A DNA stretch of 64,000 bases from Candidatus Latescibacterota bacterium (GTDB lineage: Bacteria; Latescibacterota; UBA2968; UBA8231), in assembly GCA_965223905.1 (NCBI GenBank), contig CBDCXV010000001.1, forward strand, positions 768,001 to 832,000. The letters are read 5' to 3'. Both the position numbers and the translations under genes were made by a program. Below the pieces are notes generated by a model. It worked only from the letters and a program-made list of their open reading frames with translations, was not told where the DNA came from and did no database searches. This document shows, piece after piece, positions 36,787 through 46,481 of the stretch (position 1 is its first letter; each line of letters starts with the position of its first letter).

Positions 36787-37905
36787 ATGCCAGTGACCGC
36801 AATGTCGAAAACATTCAGGATCGCAATCGTCGGCCACACCGGCCGCGGCAACTACGGGCACGGTCTCGACATGGGGTTCGTCGGCGTCGAAGGAGCGCAT
36901 ATAGCAGCTCTCGCCGACCCGGACGAGGAGGGGCGGGCCGCGGCGCTCGCGAAGACCGGCGCCGAAGCGGGCTACCCCGAGTACCGCGAGATGCTCGCCA
37001 GGGAAATGCCCGACATAGCGGTTATCGCCTCGCGCGAGATCGGCGACCATTGCCAGCTCGTGCTCGACGCCGCCGAAGCCGGCTGCAACATCTACCTCGA
37101 AAAGCCGGTGGCCGCCTCTCCCGCCGAGGTCGACCGGATGATGGCCGCCTGCGAAAAGGCGGGGGTGCTCTGCGTCGTCGCCCATCCCTGGCGGGGCCAC
37201 CCGCCGATGCAACGGGTCGCCATTCCGATGATCCGGGCGGGCGACAGGATCGGGGAGCCGCGGCTGTGCCGCGTCTACGGCATGAACGGCAGCCACGGCG
37301 GCGACCAGCTCTTCCTCGACCTATACCCCCACTTCTTCGATTTCCTCTGGCAGCTGTTCGGGGAGCCGCTGTGGTGCCACGCCCATCTGACGGAAGGCGG
37401 GCGGGACGCGGTGCCCGCGGATCTCATGCCGGGCGCCGAGGGCATGGGCCTGGTCGCCGGCGACGGCATCAGGGCCTACTACCAGTTCCCGTCGGGGGTG
37501 GCCGCGGACTTCGAGTCGTACCGCGGCGACTCGGGCGAGATGCCCTACCGCGTCGACGTCCACGGCACCACCGGCACCCTGTCGATCCCGGGGCCGATGT
37601 CGAACCAGCCCGACATCTACTACCACCCGCAGGTCAGCCCGAAGCTGTTCGGCGACGACCGCTGGGAGGTGGTGCCCTCCGAGCCGCCGCCGGACGCGGA
37701 GAAATGGGTGAAGGCCCACCATCGCATGGCGCGCTCGATGATGGACATGCTGGAGGGGAAGGAACCGGAGTGGGAGCTGGTGCAGCTGGGGAATGCGCGC
37801 CTCTATCTCGAGATGGCGATGATGGCCCACGCCTCGCACATGGCGGGGGCGCGGGTGACGCTGCCCCTGGCGACCGCGGACAACCCGTTCGACGACTGGG
37901 AGTGA
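36787..37905 (+). CDS. Gfo/Idh/MocA family oxidoreductase
   Basis: 'GHTGRGNYGHGLD', 'YREML', 'YLEKP'. AGGAG RBS; alternative start 36802. Confidence 0.9.
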   Translation: MPVTAMSKTFRIAIVGHTGRGNYGHGLDMGFVGVEGAHIAALADPDEEGRAAALAKTGAEAGYPEYREMLAREMPDIAVIASREIGDHCQLVLDAAEAGCNIYLEKPVAASPAEVDRMMAACEKAGVLCVVAHPWRGHPPMQRVAIPMIRAGDRIGEPRLCRVYGMNGSHGGDQLFLDLYPHFFDFLWQLFGEPLWCHAHLTEGGRDAVPADLMPGAEGMGLVAGDGIRAYYQFPSGVAADFESYRGDSGEMPYRVDVHGTTGTLSIPGPMSNQPDIYYHPQVSPKLFGDDRWEVVPSEPPPDAEKWVKAHHRMARSMMDMLEGKEPEWELVQLGNARLYLEMAMMAHASHMAGARVTLPLATADNPFDDWE

Positions 37906-38119
37906 CTTGGGAAGCGGGGCGAGGAGTTGACCGGGCCGGAGCCGCTCCTTCAGACCTGGGCAATGTCCGGGTGGCGCGGCAGGTGCGACAGCGGCGCGGG
38001 AAACCCGGCGGGACCGGCCGTCTCCCCGAAATTCCCGGGGCGCGGCCCAAGACGAGCCCAGCCCAGGAGGCGGCAGGGACGGCCGTAGCCGCTTCCCTAT
38101 CCGCTCCGGGAAACCTCAG

Positions 38120-38611
38120 CTACTCGACCTGGGCTCCGTCCTCGACCCAGGCTTCGACCCGGGCGATCTGCTCCGCCTCGAGGGCCCCCGCCGGGGGCAT
38201 ACGGTCGCCGGCGATCCCCTCGTCTCCCCGTATCTTCATCAACAGGTACGAGTTCACCGGGTCGCCCGGTTCGATGAGCCTGAAGTCCGGCTTGCCGGTG
38301 CTGGAGGGGCCGACGATCTGCGCGATATCCTCGGCCTGAAGGGACAGGCCGCCGGCGCGTGTGGTCCCCGAATGGCAGCCGGAGGTGGCGCATCGAGGGG
38401 TGAAGATCTCCTCGCTCAGGCGGGCCAGGGTCACGGCCTGCCCGCGGTCGCCGTCGGGCGACCCACCGCCGGTGGGGCCGTCGGGCGTCTCCCCGCCGGT
38501 GGGGCCGCTCGGACCTACGGAGGAGTCCTCCCCCGAGCATCCCCAGGCCAGCAGTGCGGCGGCGAGTCCGAGGTGCAGGAGAGAAGCTGCGCGCTTTGTT
38601 CCGGATTTCAT
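38120..38611 (-). CDS. Lipoprotein with planctomycete-type c-cytochrome domain (CX4CH)
   Basis: Lipobox LAWGC, G/P linker, 'IFTPRCATSGCH', 'PGDPVNSYLL.KI', 'RMPP', 'WVEDGA'. Confidence 0.75.
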   Translation of the reverse strand: MKSGTKRAASLLHLGLAAALLAWGCSGEDSSVGPSGPTGGETPDGPTGGGSPDGDRGQAVTLARLSEEIFTPRCATSGCHSGTTRAGGLSLQAEDIAQIVGPSSTGKPDFRLIEPGDPVNSYLLMKIRGDEGIAGDRMPPAGALEAEQIARVEAWVEDGAQVE

Positions 38612-38778
38612 CTGGTACCCCCTTCTGGTGTGGCAGGTCCGTGTCGTCATGGCACCCCCTGGCTGCGAATCAGGGTGGCGGCAGCCGGATAAACGCGGCG
38701 GAAGGCCTCGCCGGCATTCACCGGCGCAGCTTCAGGGAGCAGACGCGAAATCATATCCTGCTTCCATCTTCCGCGGCC

Positions 38779-39735
38779 CTACTTCGGGTTCGCCGACTTC
38801 CACCCCCGCTTGGGACCGCGGGGCCTGTGGGTTTCGTAGCGCTGCCGGATCTCGGTGAACTCCTGCCACTCGCTCACCACCGACTCAGGGTGGGCCTGGC
38901 TCTGGAGAACGAAGTCGGCCTCGGGCGGATAGCAGGCGATCTGCTCGTTCGGCCTGCCGGGATCGAAATCCTCGGGAAGCTCGCCGACGTTGTTGGGCAC
39001 CCTGGCCGACTGGTAGCGGACGTCGATGGCCCAGCGCACGATGTCGACGCTGTGCTGCGTCGAGGAGTGTGGGGTCAGGTTGGTGAGAAACAGGACGCCC
39101 CCAACCGGCACAGGCACGGTCACCGGTTGCGCTGGCGGCAGGTCGGGATGGGTGATGACGAGGTAGCCTCCCGGACCGTTGGTGTGGTGGCGGGACACGC
39201 CGCGGCGGTGGCAGCGCGGCAGCACGCGCAGGCAGCCGTTCTCGGGGGTCGCGTCGACCAGCGGAATCCAGCAGGTGACGATCAGCTCGCCGTCGCAGTG
39301 GGGGCTGAAGTATCCCGAGTCCTGGTGCCAGGGGACGGCCCCCCGGTTCCATTCCGGTATCTTGGGGCGGATCCGGTAGACGGAGGAACCGACGATCTCC
39401 TCTCCGACCAGTGATTCGATCTTCGCCAGGATTTTCGGATTGCGCACGAAATCGAAGAACGCCGGACCGCTGTGGCCGCCGCCCCCCTTGCCCATGATCG
39501 CGCCGATGATTTCCGGCGCCTCCCGGAACACCCGGGTGAGGCGGCGCTCGAACGGCGCTTCCTCGTACAGCCGGCTCAGCTTTCCCTCGCCCTGCAGCTC
39601 CAGCGCCTTGTTGTGGATGACCTCGGTGAGCTCGTCGCGGAGGGGCTGGATGTCCTCCGGGGCGAACACGTCGGGAACCATGACGTACCCTTCGTCGAGG
39701 TACTGCTCGACCTGTATTTTGGTGAGACCTTGCAT
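38779..39735 (-). CDS. PhyH family dioxygenase
   Basis: 'QYLDEGY', 'VPWHQDSGY', 'WIPLVDAT.ENGCL', 'TPHSS', 'RWAIDVRY'. Confidence 0.92.
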   Translation of the reverse strand: MQGLTKIQVEQYLDEGYVMVPDVFAPEDIQPLRDELTEVIHNKALELQGEGKLSRLYEEAPFERRLTRVFREAPEIIGAIMGKGGGGHSGPAFFDFVRNPKILAKIESLVGEEIVGSSVYRIRPKIPEWNRGAVPWHQDSGYFSPHCDGELIVTCWIPLVDATPENGCLRVLPRCHRRGVSRHHTNGPGGYLVITHPDLPPAQPVTVPVPVGGVLFLTNLTPHSSTQHSVDIVRWAIDVRYQSARVPNNVGELPEDFDPGRPNEQIACYPPEADFVLQSQAHPESVVSEWQEFTEIRQRYETHRPRGPKRGWKSANPK

Positions 39736-39906
39736 CGGTTTCTCTTTCCGACGGAATGAAAGGTGACTCAAGATAACCGGGGCCGAGAGGTGCCGGCAAC
39801 CGGGAAAACCGCTTGCCCGGGTATCGTATGGAGTTCTCTTTTTAGTCGTCCGGTTCGGCGCGGTGGACCGGCCTGGAGATCAGCAACCCGTACCTCGGCG
39901 AACGAA

Positions 39907-40284
39907 ATGGCGATGAACAGCAGGCAGGCGGCACTGACCGAGACTCTCGTGGACGACCTGAAGAACGGCGCCTTGACCGAAGAGGGTCTGCGCGCCGGAA
40001 TCGCCGCGGCCGCCGCGGCCAACGGAACCCGCCAGGATCTCCTCTACCTGCACTGTCGCTCGACTTCCCCCGGTTCCCCGGTGCAGGGAATGTCCCTTTT
40101 CGAAGGGGGGCGGGAGCAGGAGTTGAGCTCCGACCCGGAGGAGTGGCCGTACGAGTCGGTGCTCGACGCCATCGGCAAAGGCTGGCGGGTGATCTCCTTC
40201 CCCGACATGTCCCTGCTCACCCTGAGCGCCGATGAGCTCCACGGCCTCGGGTTCCTCTTCGTCCTCGAACGGTGGAGTCAGTGA
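39907..40284 (+). CDS. Small hypothetical protein translationally coupled to PhyH
   Basis: 'RQDLLYL...WPYESVLDAI..GWRVISFP...FVLER'. TGA overlaps the ATG of the next gene. Confidence 0.7.
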   Translation: MAMNSRQAALTETLVDDLKNGALTEEGLRAGIAAAAAANGTRQDLLYLHCRSTSPGSPVQGMSLFEGGREQELSSDPEEWPYESVLDAIGKGWRVISFPDMSLLTLSADELHGLGFLFVLERWSQ

Positions 40285-41132
40285 TGGCGGCAACCGGCGG
40301 AAAGACCCACGACTGCGAGCCGACCCTGACCGACTCGCAGGTCCTCGAGTTCTGCAAGAACGGGTACCTGCTCCTCGAAGGGGTGGTGCCCGGGGAAGTG
40401 AACCGGATGGTGAGGGAGTACCTCGAAGCCGATACCTACTACGAGCCGACGGGCATTCTCGGCGAGGACTGGTTCCACGAGGGGGTGATCTGCAACCGGG
40501 AGGCGGCCGGTGCGGTGCGTTCCCTGCTCGGCGCCGGCTTCCACGTCCCGGTGCTGATGAGCAACCACAGGGTGACCGGGCCGTATCCGGCAACCAGCGG
40601 CTGGCACGTCGACGGCAACTCCTTCTGGGGCCCGGAGCTCAATTACCTCCAGGTCTTCTACTACCCGCAGGACACCCCGGTCGAGGCGGGGCCGACCGAG
40701 GTGCTGCCCGGCTCCCACCTCATCCACAACAAGGCCCGCTTCATGGGCCACCTGAACGCCATCCGCGGCGCCGTGTCCACCGCGGCCCCGGAGGGCTCGA
40801 TCTTTCTTACCGCGTACCAGATCTGGCACCGCCGCGGCGGCTCGACGACGGAGAGGCTGCGCAACATGCTGAAGTACTTCTACTGGCGCACCGCGTCTCC
40901 GGCGCGAGACTGGATCCAGGAGCCCGGCTTTGACTATTCCAGGGCCGGGTACGGCGGCCCGTCAGGCGAGTTCGTCGAGCAGTTCCGCGGCGACTGCAAG
41001 ACCGCGGAGATGTTTCTGTGGCTGTGCGGCCGCCACGAGTCCTACCGCAACCTCGGCGGCCAGAGCTGGCCGCTGCCGGGAAACCGCAACGAACTGCCGT
41101 ACGGATTTCCGGAAGAGCTGGCGGCGCGCTGA
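40284..41132 (+). CDS. PhyH family dioxygenase
   Basis: 'LTDSQVLEFCKNGYL', 'WHVDG', 'YYPQDT....GPT.VLPGSH', 'IWHRR'. Confidence 0.9.
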   Translation: MAATGGKTHDCEPTLTDSQVLEFCKNGYLLLEGVVPGEVNRMVREYLEADTYYEPTGILGEDWFHEGVICNREAAGAVRSLLGAGFHVPVLMSNHRVTGPYPATSGWHVDGNSFWGPELNYLQVFYYPQDTPVEAGPTEVLPGSHLIHNKARFMGHLNAIRGAVSTAAPEGSIFLTAYQIWHRRGGSTTERLRNMLKYFYWRTASPARDWIQEPGFDYSRAGYGGPSGEFVEQFRGDCKTAEMFLWLCGRHESYRNLGGQSWPLPGNRNELPYGFPEELAAR

Positions 41133-41150
41133 CGCCGGGGAGACTTCCCG

Positions 41151-42251
41151 ATGAGCGACGTCGCCGGCCACGACCTGCCCTTCGACAGCCGCGGCGCCCC
41201 GGCCCACCGCGGCCGCGCCACAGTCCTCAACACCGCCAACCGCTTCGAGCCGCTGCATGTCGAGCTCGACCCGGTCGAGCCGGACAGCGAGGAGGCCGAA
41301 CGGCCCGCGGCGCGCACCCGGTTCTTCGTCGACAGCAGCCGCTCCGCCCTTTCGGCCAACGACAGTCCCGACCTCGGCTTCCGCTTCAGCATCAACCCCT
41401 ACCGCGGCTGCGAGCACGGCTGCATCTACTGCTACGCCCGCCCGAGCCACGAGTACCTCGGTTTTTCCGCCGGCCTCGACTTCGAGACGAAGATCCTGGT
41501 CAAGCAGAACCTGCCCGAGCTGCTGGCCGCGGAGTTCCGCCGCAAGTCCTGGCAACCCCAGACCGTGGCCCTGTCGGGCAACACCGACTGCTACCAGCCG
41601 GTCGAGCGCAAGCTCGGGATCACGCGCCGCTGCCTGCAGACCTTCCTCGAGTTTCGCAACCCGGTCACCATCATCACCAAGAACCACTTCGTCACCCGCG
41701 ACCTCGACCTCCTCGTCGAGCTGGCGGCCCTCGACCTCGTCCGCGTCACCCTGTCGATAACCAGCCTGCGGCCGGAGCTAACCAACATCATGGAGCCGCG
41801 CACCTCGCGGCCGCAGCGGCGCCTGCGGGCCATCGAGGAACTCGCCTCCGCCGGAGTGCCGGTCGGGGTCAACGTCGCCCCGCTGATACCGGGGCTCACC
41901 GACCACGAGGCGCCGGAAATCCTGAAGGAGGTCGCTGCCTGCGGCGGCCGCTGGGCGGGCTTTCAGATCGTCCGCCTGCCGGGTGCGGTCGCCCCCCTGT
42001 TTCTCGACTGGCTGCAGCGGAACCTTCCCGGGCAGGCGGAAAAGGTGGCCGGCCGGATCGAGAAGATCCGCGGCGGCCGCATCAGCGACTCCCGCTTCGG
42101 CAGCCGCTTCACCGGGGAGGGAGAGCTCGCCGACCTGACCAGGAGCCTGTTCGAGATGGCCCGGCGCAAGCACGGTCTCGACGGCAACGACCACCGGCTG
42201 ACCACCGGCCACTTCCGCCGCGGCGGCGGCGACCAGTTGGAGTTGTTCTGA
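41151..42251 (+). CDS. Radical SAM protein, PA0069/SplB-like family
   Basis: 'SINPYRGCEHGCIYCYARP.HEYLG', 'TDCYQP.E', terminal 'QLELF'. Confidence 0.93.
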   Translation: MSDVAGHDLPFDSRGAPAHRGRATVLNTANRFEPLHVELDPVEPDSEEAERPAARTRFFVDSSRSALSANDSPDLGFRFSINPYRGCEHGCIYCYARPSHEYLGFSAGLDFETKILVKQNLPELLAAEFRRKSWQPQTVALSGNTDCYQPVERKLGITRRCLQTFLEFRNPVTIITKNHFVTRDLDLLVELAALDLVRVTLSITSLRPELTNIMEPRTSRPQRRLRAIEELASAGVPVGVNVAPLIPGLTDHEAPEILKEVAACGGRWAGFQIVRLPGAVAPLFLDWLQRNLPGQAEKVAGRIEKIRGGRISDSRFGSRFTGEGELADLTRSLFEMARRKHGLDGNDHRLTTGHFRRGGGDQLELF

Positions 42252-42313
42252 AAGCGGATTTGTTCCGGCGCCATGGGGTGCCGGACAGGGATTTTTCAAG
42301 GGAAGGCACCGAA

Positions 42314-43586
42314 ATGACAAGGAACAGGTTTCGGAAAGCAATGGAGGATGTGCGGGGTATAATCGTGCCATTCCCGCTGAAAGCTATTCTGCTTCTTTGG
42401 ATGGTCTGTGTTAACGGTGCGGCGGCGGATTCCACCGGTGAAATGGAAAATGTTACCGGCCGAGTGATCCTGGAGGCCGGGGAGATCAGCCCTGAAACGG
42501 TGGAAACAGGTGCCTTTGCTGTGGTTATCTACGGGAGGGGAGAACGGGATCCGGTTTCGGGGGAATGGAAACAAATGCATACGGAAAGAGGCTACATTCA
42601 AGCTGTCAATGCCAAAAGTTTGGTCCTTGTCCGCAGAAGTGGTGGGAATCCGAAACAGATTGCGGTGGATCGAATAAAAACCCTGGTCATTGTAGGGTCA
42701 CCCGCCAAGAGGTCGGAGGAACGGGAAAGTACGAGTACGACTAAAGAAATGGGAGGAAGCAAGGCGGAATTACTGGAAGGAGATGTTGCACATACTGAAG
42801 CTGATTCCAATCAGATTTGGATAATTGAGACCAGTGACGGGTCCTCCATTGTAGGGAGCATATTGGAGTTTGGTGATCAGGACATTGTGGTGAGTGCAAC
42901 ATCAGGTTTGATCGAAATCCCGGTTTCAGATATCGTAAAGATGGAAACGATCTCGAAATCCCGGTTTCAGATCTGCCCCCGGGATGAGGGATGGTGAGAT
43001 TTGGTTCAAGAGTCCCAATCCGACCCGTCTCTTTTTTGGACCCACGGCACGCACGCTCAAGCAGGGAGAGGGTTATTTCTCTGATTATTACTTCTTTTTT
43101 CCCGGTCTTACCATGGGATTCACCGATAACTTCACTATGGGGGCCGGTGTCTCTATTTTCCCAAGGGTAGATTTGGAGGATCAGGTGGTTTTTTTCGGAT
43201 CGAAAGCAGGCATTATTCCAGATAGACTTTCCGCTGGCGTGCTTATCCTGCGGGGGTTTTCAAATGATACGACATTGGGAGTTTTGTTTGGTGTAACGAC
43301 TATAGGGCAACCTGATGGCAGCCTGAGCGCAGGACTTGGGTACGGTTTTGTCGACGGAGATTTGGCTGATCGCCCTGCGCTGATGGTTGGGGGAGAGAAA
43401 CGCATGAGTGAACATATCTCTTTGGTTTCTGAAAATTATATCTTACCTGACACGGATCCCCTGGTATCATATGGCATGCGATTCTTTGGCAGGAGATTGA
43501 GCGTCGATCTTGGTTTTTTGAATCAGCTTGGAGACGACGCGCTTGCTCTTGGTGTTCCCTACATTGATTTTGTTTTTGCCTTTTGA
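42314..43586 (+). pseudogene. Low-GC exported/outer-membrane hypothetical protein split near 42950-42990
   Basis: N-part with signal peptide and LSm-like 'IETSDGS.IVG.I'. C-part 'NPTRLFFGPTARTLKQGEGY...PYIDFVFAF' (beta-barrel-like, terminal F). A 20-bp duplication sits at the break. Confidence 0.6.
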
Positions 43587-43607
43587 TGCCATCCAGTCTC
43601 TGGATAT

Positions 43608-44143
43608 ATGGCCCGGATCCTTGAGTTGCAGCCGACTCATCTGGAACAGGTCCAGTACCTGGTGAACGGCCACCTCGGGGCGGTCGTCCCTGGCTGCACT
43701 TCCTCTCGAGTACATCGCTTTTTCCCTTGTAAGGAACACAAACGAATACGTCACCGATCCCTGGGTCCGGGAGCGCAAATCCCTCGTTGCCCTGAAGGAG
43801 AGCCGCGTGTGCGCGGCAGCCCATCTTCTCCGGTATGGGGACGACTCTCCTGCCGGCGGTGTGGGTGAGATCGATTGGTTTGTCTTTTGGCCGAATGAGA
43901 CCGCAACAGGCGCAGGCGCTGCTGTCTGCGGCGGAGGAGCAGCTCGATGCCTGGGAGTGCAGGGAATTCCGGTTCAACGGGAATCTTCCTGCGCCGCTTG
44001 CCGGCGTCCCCGATTCGTGGCCACACGTGATTGAGCTGATTACAGCCGCGGGATATGCGCCCCGGGACGATCGGGATGAGGCCATGTTCGGAGGGACGTT
44101 TGATCCCGTTTCGCCTCCCGGGAAGCTCCGGTCCGCGACATGA
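43608..44143 (+). pseudogene. Degraded N-terminal fragments of a GNAT-like protein
   Basis: 'LVNGHLGAVVPG', 'IDWFVFWP', 'AQALLSAAEEQL..W', 'GVPDSWPHV..L..AGY' spread across frames. Confidence 0.4.
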
Positions 44144-45147
44144 GGATAAAGCGCACGGCCGGCGTATTCGGAATCTGTTTCACAGCCTGCATACCCGCCC
44201 TGGCCGTAGCGCCGGACGGGACGGTGCTGGCCTTTTGCGAGGCGCGCCGTCACACCGGGCACGACGACGACGAAATCGACATTCTCCTGCGGCGAAGCAC
44301 TGACGGTGGACGCACCTGGGGTCCCCGGCAACAGGTCGTCGCCGATGGCGACCGCACCTGCGGCAACCCCTGCCCGGTGGTCGACCGCGTCCGCGGCGAG
44401 GTGTTGCTCCCTTTCTGCAAGGACAACCAGCAGGTCTTCCTCACCCGCAGCCGCGACAGCGGGGGTTCCTGGTCCGATCCCGTGGAAATCACAGCCCAGG
44501 TGAAGGCCCCTTCCTGGACCTACCTGGGGTCCGGACCCGGCCACGGCATCCAACTGCGAGGGGGCCGTCTGCTCGTGCCCTCCTGGGTCGACGAGAGCCC
44601 CGGCCCGGCAACCTGGCGCCAACCGCCCCCCATTTGGGGCAAGGTTCAGTCCTCCATCGCTTTTATCAGCGACGACGGCGGGCATACCTGGAAACCGGGC
44701 TCCAAGTTGAGCAACGACGCCTCGGACGAATGCGAGGCGGTGGAAACGGCCGACGGGTCGGTGTACATGACGCTGCGCAGCCGCGGAGACCGCAGGTGCA
44801 GGGGCTGGTCGCGCAGCAGCGACGGGGGCGAGACCTGGTCGGAGGTCGCCTTCGATCCAGCCCTGCCCGAACCATCCTGCCAGGGCAGCGTAGTGGCCCT
44901 CGGAGACGGTCGCCTTCTGCTGGCGCATCCCGGCAGGCCCTACGCGGGCGCCGAGCTGACCCTGCGGCTGAGCCGGGACCAGGGGCGGAGCTGGCCTTCG
45001 GCGGGGGTGCTCGAGCCGGGGGCGGCAGCCTATTCCGATCTGGCGGTGGCTCCGGACGGGCAGGTTCTGTGCCTGTACGAGGCCGGACACTACGGCTGTC
45101 TGCGCCTGGCTTGCTTCGACCCTGCCTGGATTGAGGCGAGTGATTGA
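44140..45147 (+). CDS. Exo-alpha-sialidase (GH33-like, BNR/Asp-box repeats)
   Basis: Asp boxes RSTDGGRTW, SRDSGGSW, SDDGGHTW, SSDGGETW, SRDQGRSW; 'GPGHGIQL', 'AYSDL', 'LYE'. The RIP motif appears as CIP. Confidence 0.85.
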   Translation: MRIKRTAGVFGICFTACIPALAVAPDGTVLAFCEARRHTGHDDDEIDILLRRSTDGGRTWGPRQQVVADGDRTCGNPCPVVDRVRGEVLLPFCKDNQQVFLTRSRDSGGSWSDPVEITAQVKAPSWTYLGSGPGHGIQLRGGRLLVPSWVDESPGPATWRQPPPIWGKVQSSIAFISDDGGHTWKPGSKLSNDASDECEAVETADGSVYMTLRSRGDRRCRGWSRSSDGGETWSEVAFDPALPEPSCQGSVVALGDGRLLLAHPGRPYAGAELTLRLSRDQGRSWPSAGVLEPGAAAYSDLAVAPDGQVLCLYEAGHYGCLRLACFDPAWIEASD

Positions 45148-45243
45148 TGGTTGTACGGCGCCGGTCAAGATTCGGAGATTGAATCCGGGACTGTTGCGAA
45201 CAACCGGTGATGGCAGACAAGATGACAGGGAGACTCATTGATG

Positions 45244-46256
45244 AATGGAAAGAAAAATGATTCCCCCTCGGCGTCTTCAGCGGCATTGGTGCTGCTGCTG
45301 GCGGCGATGGCGACGGCTTCCGAGCCCCGCCGCGGATTCTATTTCGGCACGGACACAGGAGCGTCCATGGCGCCTGGTATCGAATCCACCCGTTCGAACG
45401 TCGGCATTCCGACGAACTGCGATCAGTGGCTGGAGGAGTTCACTTTCGACGATGGAGACACCGTGCCCCTGCCGCTGGAGGACTGCATCCCCAGGGCCTT
45501 GCCGGGAAGCCCGAATCCTTTCGATCTCGGCGGCGGTCTTCTTGCCGGGGCAAAGGTCGGCTATGCCGTGCACAACTTCCGCGTCGAGGCGGAGTTCCTC
45601 CATCGCGAGCAGAGTGGAGACCATTGCCGCTGATCGTGCCCGGAGACGAGAAGCAGCTGGAGTTCGTCGAGCGCAGCGAGAAGATCAGCGACTTCCGCAC
45701 CAACGGGTTCTTCGCAAACCTCCACTATGACTTTAATGGGATGTCCGATAAACTGGTGCCCCACCTTGGCGTCGGCCTGGGCTTTATGCGTACGACAATG
45801 GATTACGCGGCCACGTCCATCAGGACGAACGACAGGGAGGAGCTGATTGGACTGGGGCGGAACCCCGCCGCGGCGGGCACGGCCTCCCTGGCCAACGAGG
45901 TGCTGTCGGACAACCTGCCCGGCTATCAGCTGACCGCAGGTCTGACCTATGCCTTTGGCGAGCGGTTTTTCGCGGGAATCAAACTGCGCTACGGCGGTGC
46001 CCTGGGGGATTTCGAGGCCTGCAGGTCTGACCTATGCGGCTTTGGTGAGCGGTTTTTCGCGGGAATCAAACTGCGCTACGGCGGTGCCCTGGGGGATTTC
46101 GAGGACGGGGACAACCCGTGGAAGCCCTTGCGGGGCCACGCATCGACGGTCGGCCCCCCCGGGGAGCCCGGAGGGGATCTGCCGGTCCGCTACGGGATTA
46201 CCGTCGGCGGGTTGAATTTCTGGGGGGTTTCAGTGGTTCTGAACCACTACCTGTAA
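45244..46256 (+). CDS. Outer-membrane beta-barrel (P44/Msp2/opacity-like), frameshift near 45624 and internal duplication
   Basis: Signal peptide, 'GFYFG', 'VGYA..NFRVEAEF', 'FANLHYDF...PHLGVGLG', 'GYQLTAGLTY'. Confidence 0.7.
45936..46104 (+). repeat. Tandem duplication of about 82 bp inside the beta-barrel gene
   Basis: gcaggtctgacctatgc...gggggatttcgagg at 45936-46017 and 46021-46104. Confidence 0.95.
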
Positions 46257-46335
46257 CAGCCAGCAAGGCAGGTGGCGGCGGCAGCCGGGTCAGTCGGGTG
46301 TCTTCTGTTTCCCGTCAGTGAGGCCAGGGCTCAAA

Positions 46336-46394
46336 CAGCCCGTTGATTTAGTTGCTAAGGGAACTGCAGCCCGGATGGACTTTGAAAAGGGCTG
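46336..46394. repeat. Short derivative of the 9334-9560 element
   Basis: Shares cagcccgttg and gcagcccggatgg...gggctg ends with 9334-9560. Confidence 0.6.
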
Positions 46395-46481
46395 CATATG
46401 GCCGCCCTTTAAGGGAATGGTGGTCCTGAAAACCCCGGCGCAGGGCCATGTCCCGGCGCATGGTGCTTCCCCGTCGTGCTG

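Noticed and set aside
37906-38119. Structured ncRNA (SRP/RNase P-like) in GC-rich intergenic region
   Set aside because: No diagnostic conserved motifs visible; GC-rich pairing is expected by chance.
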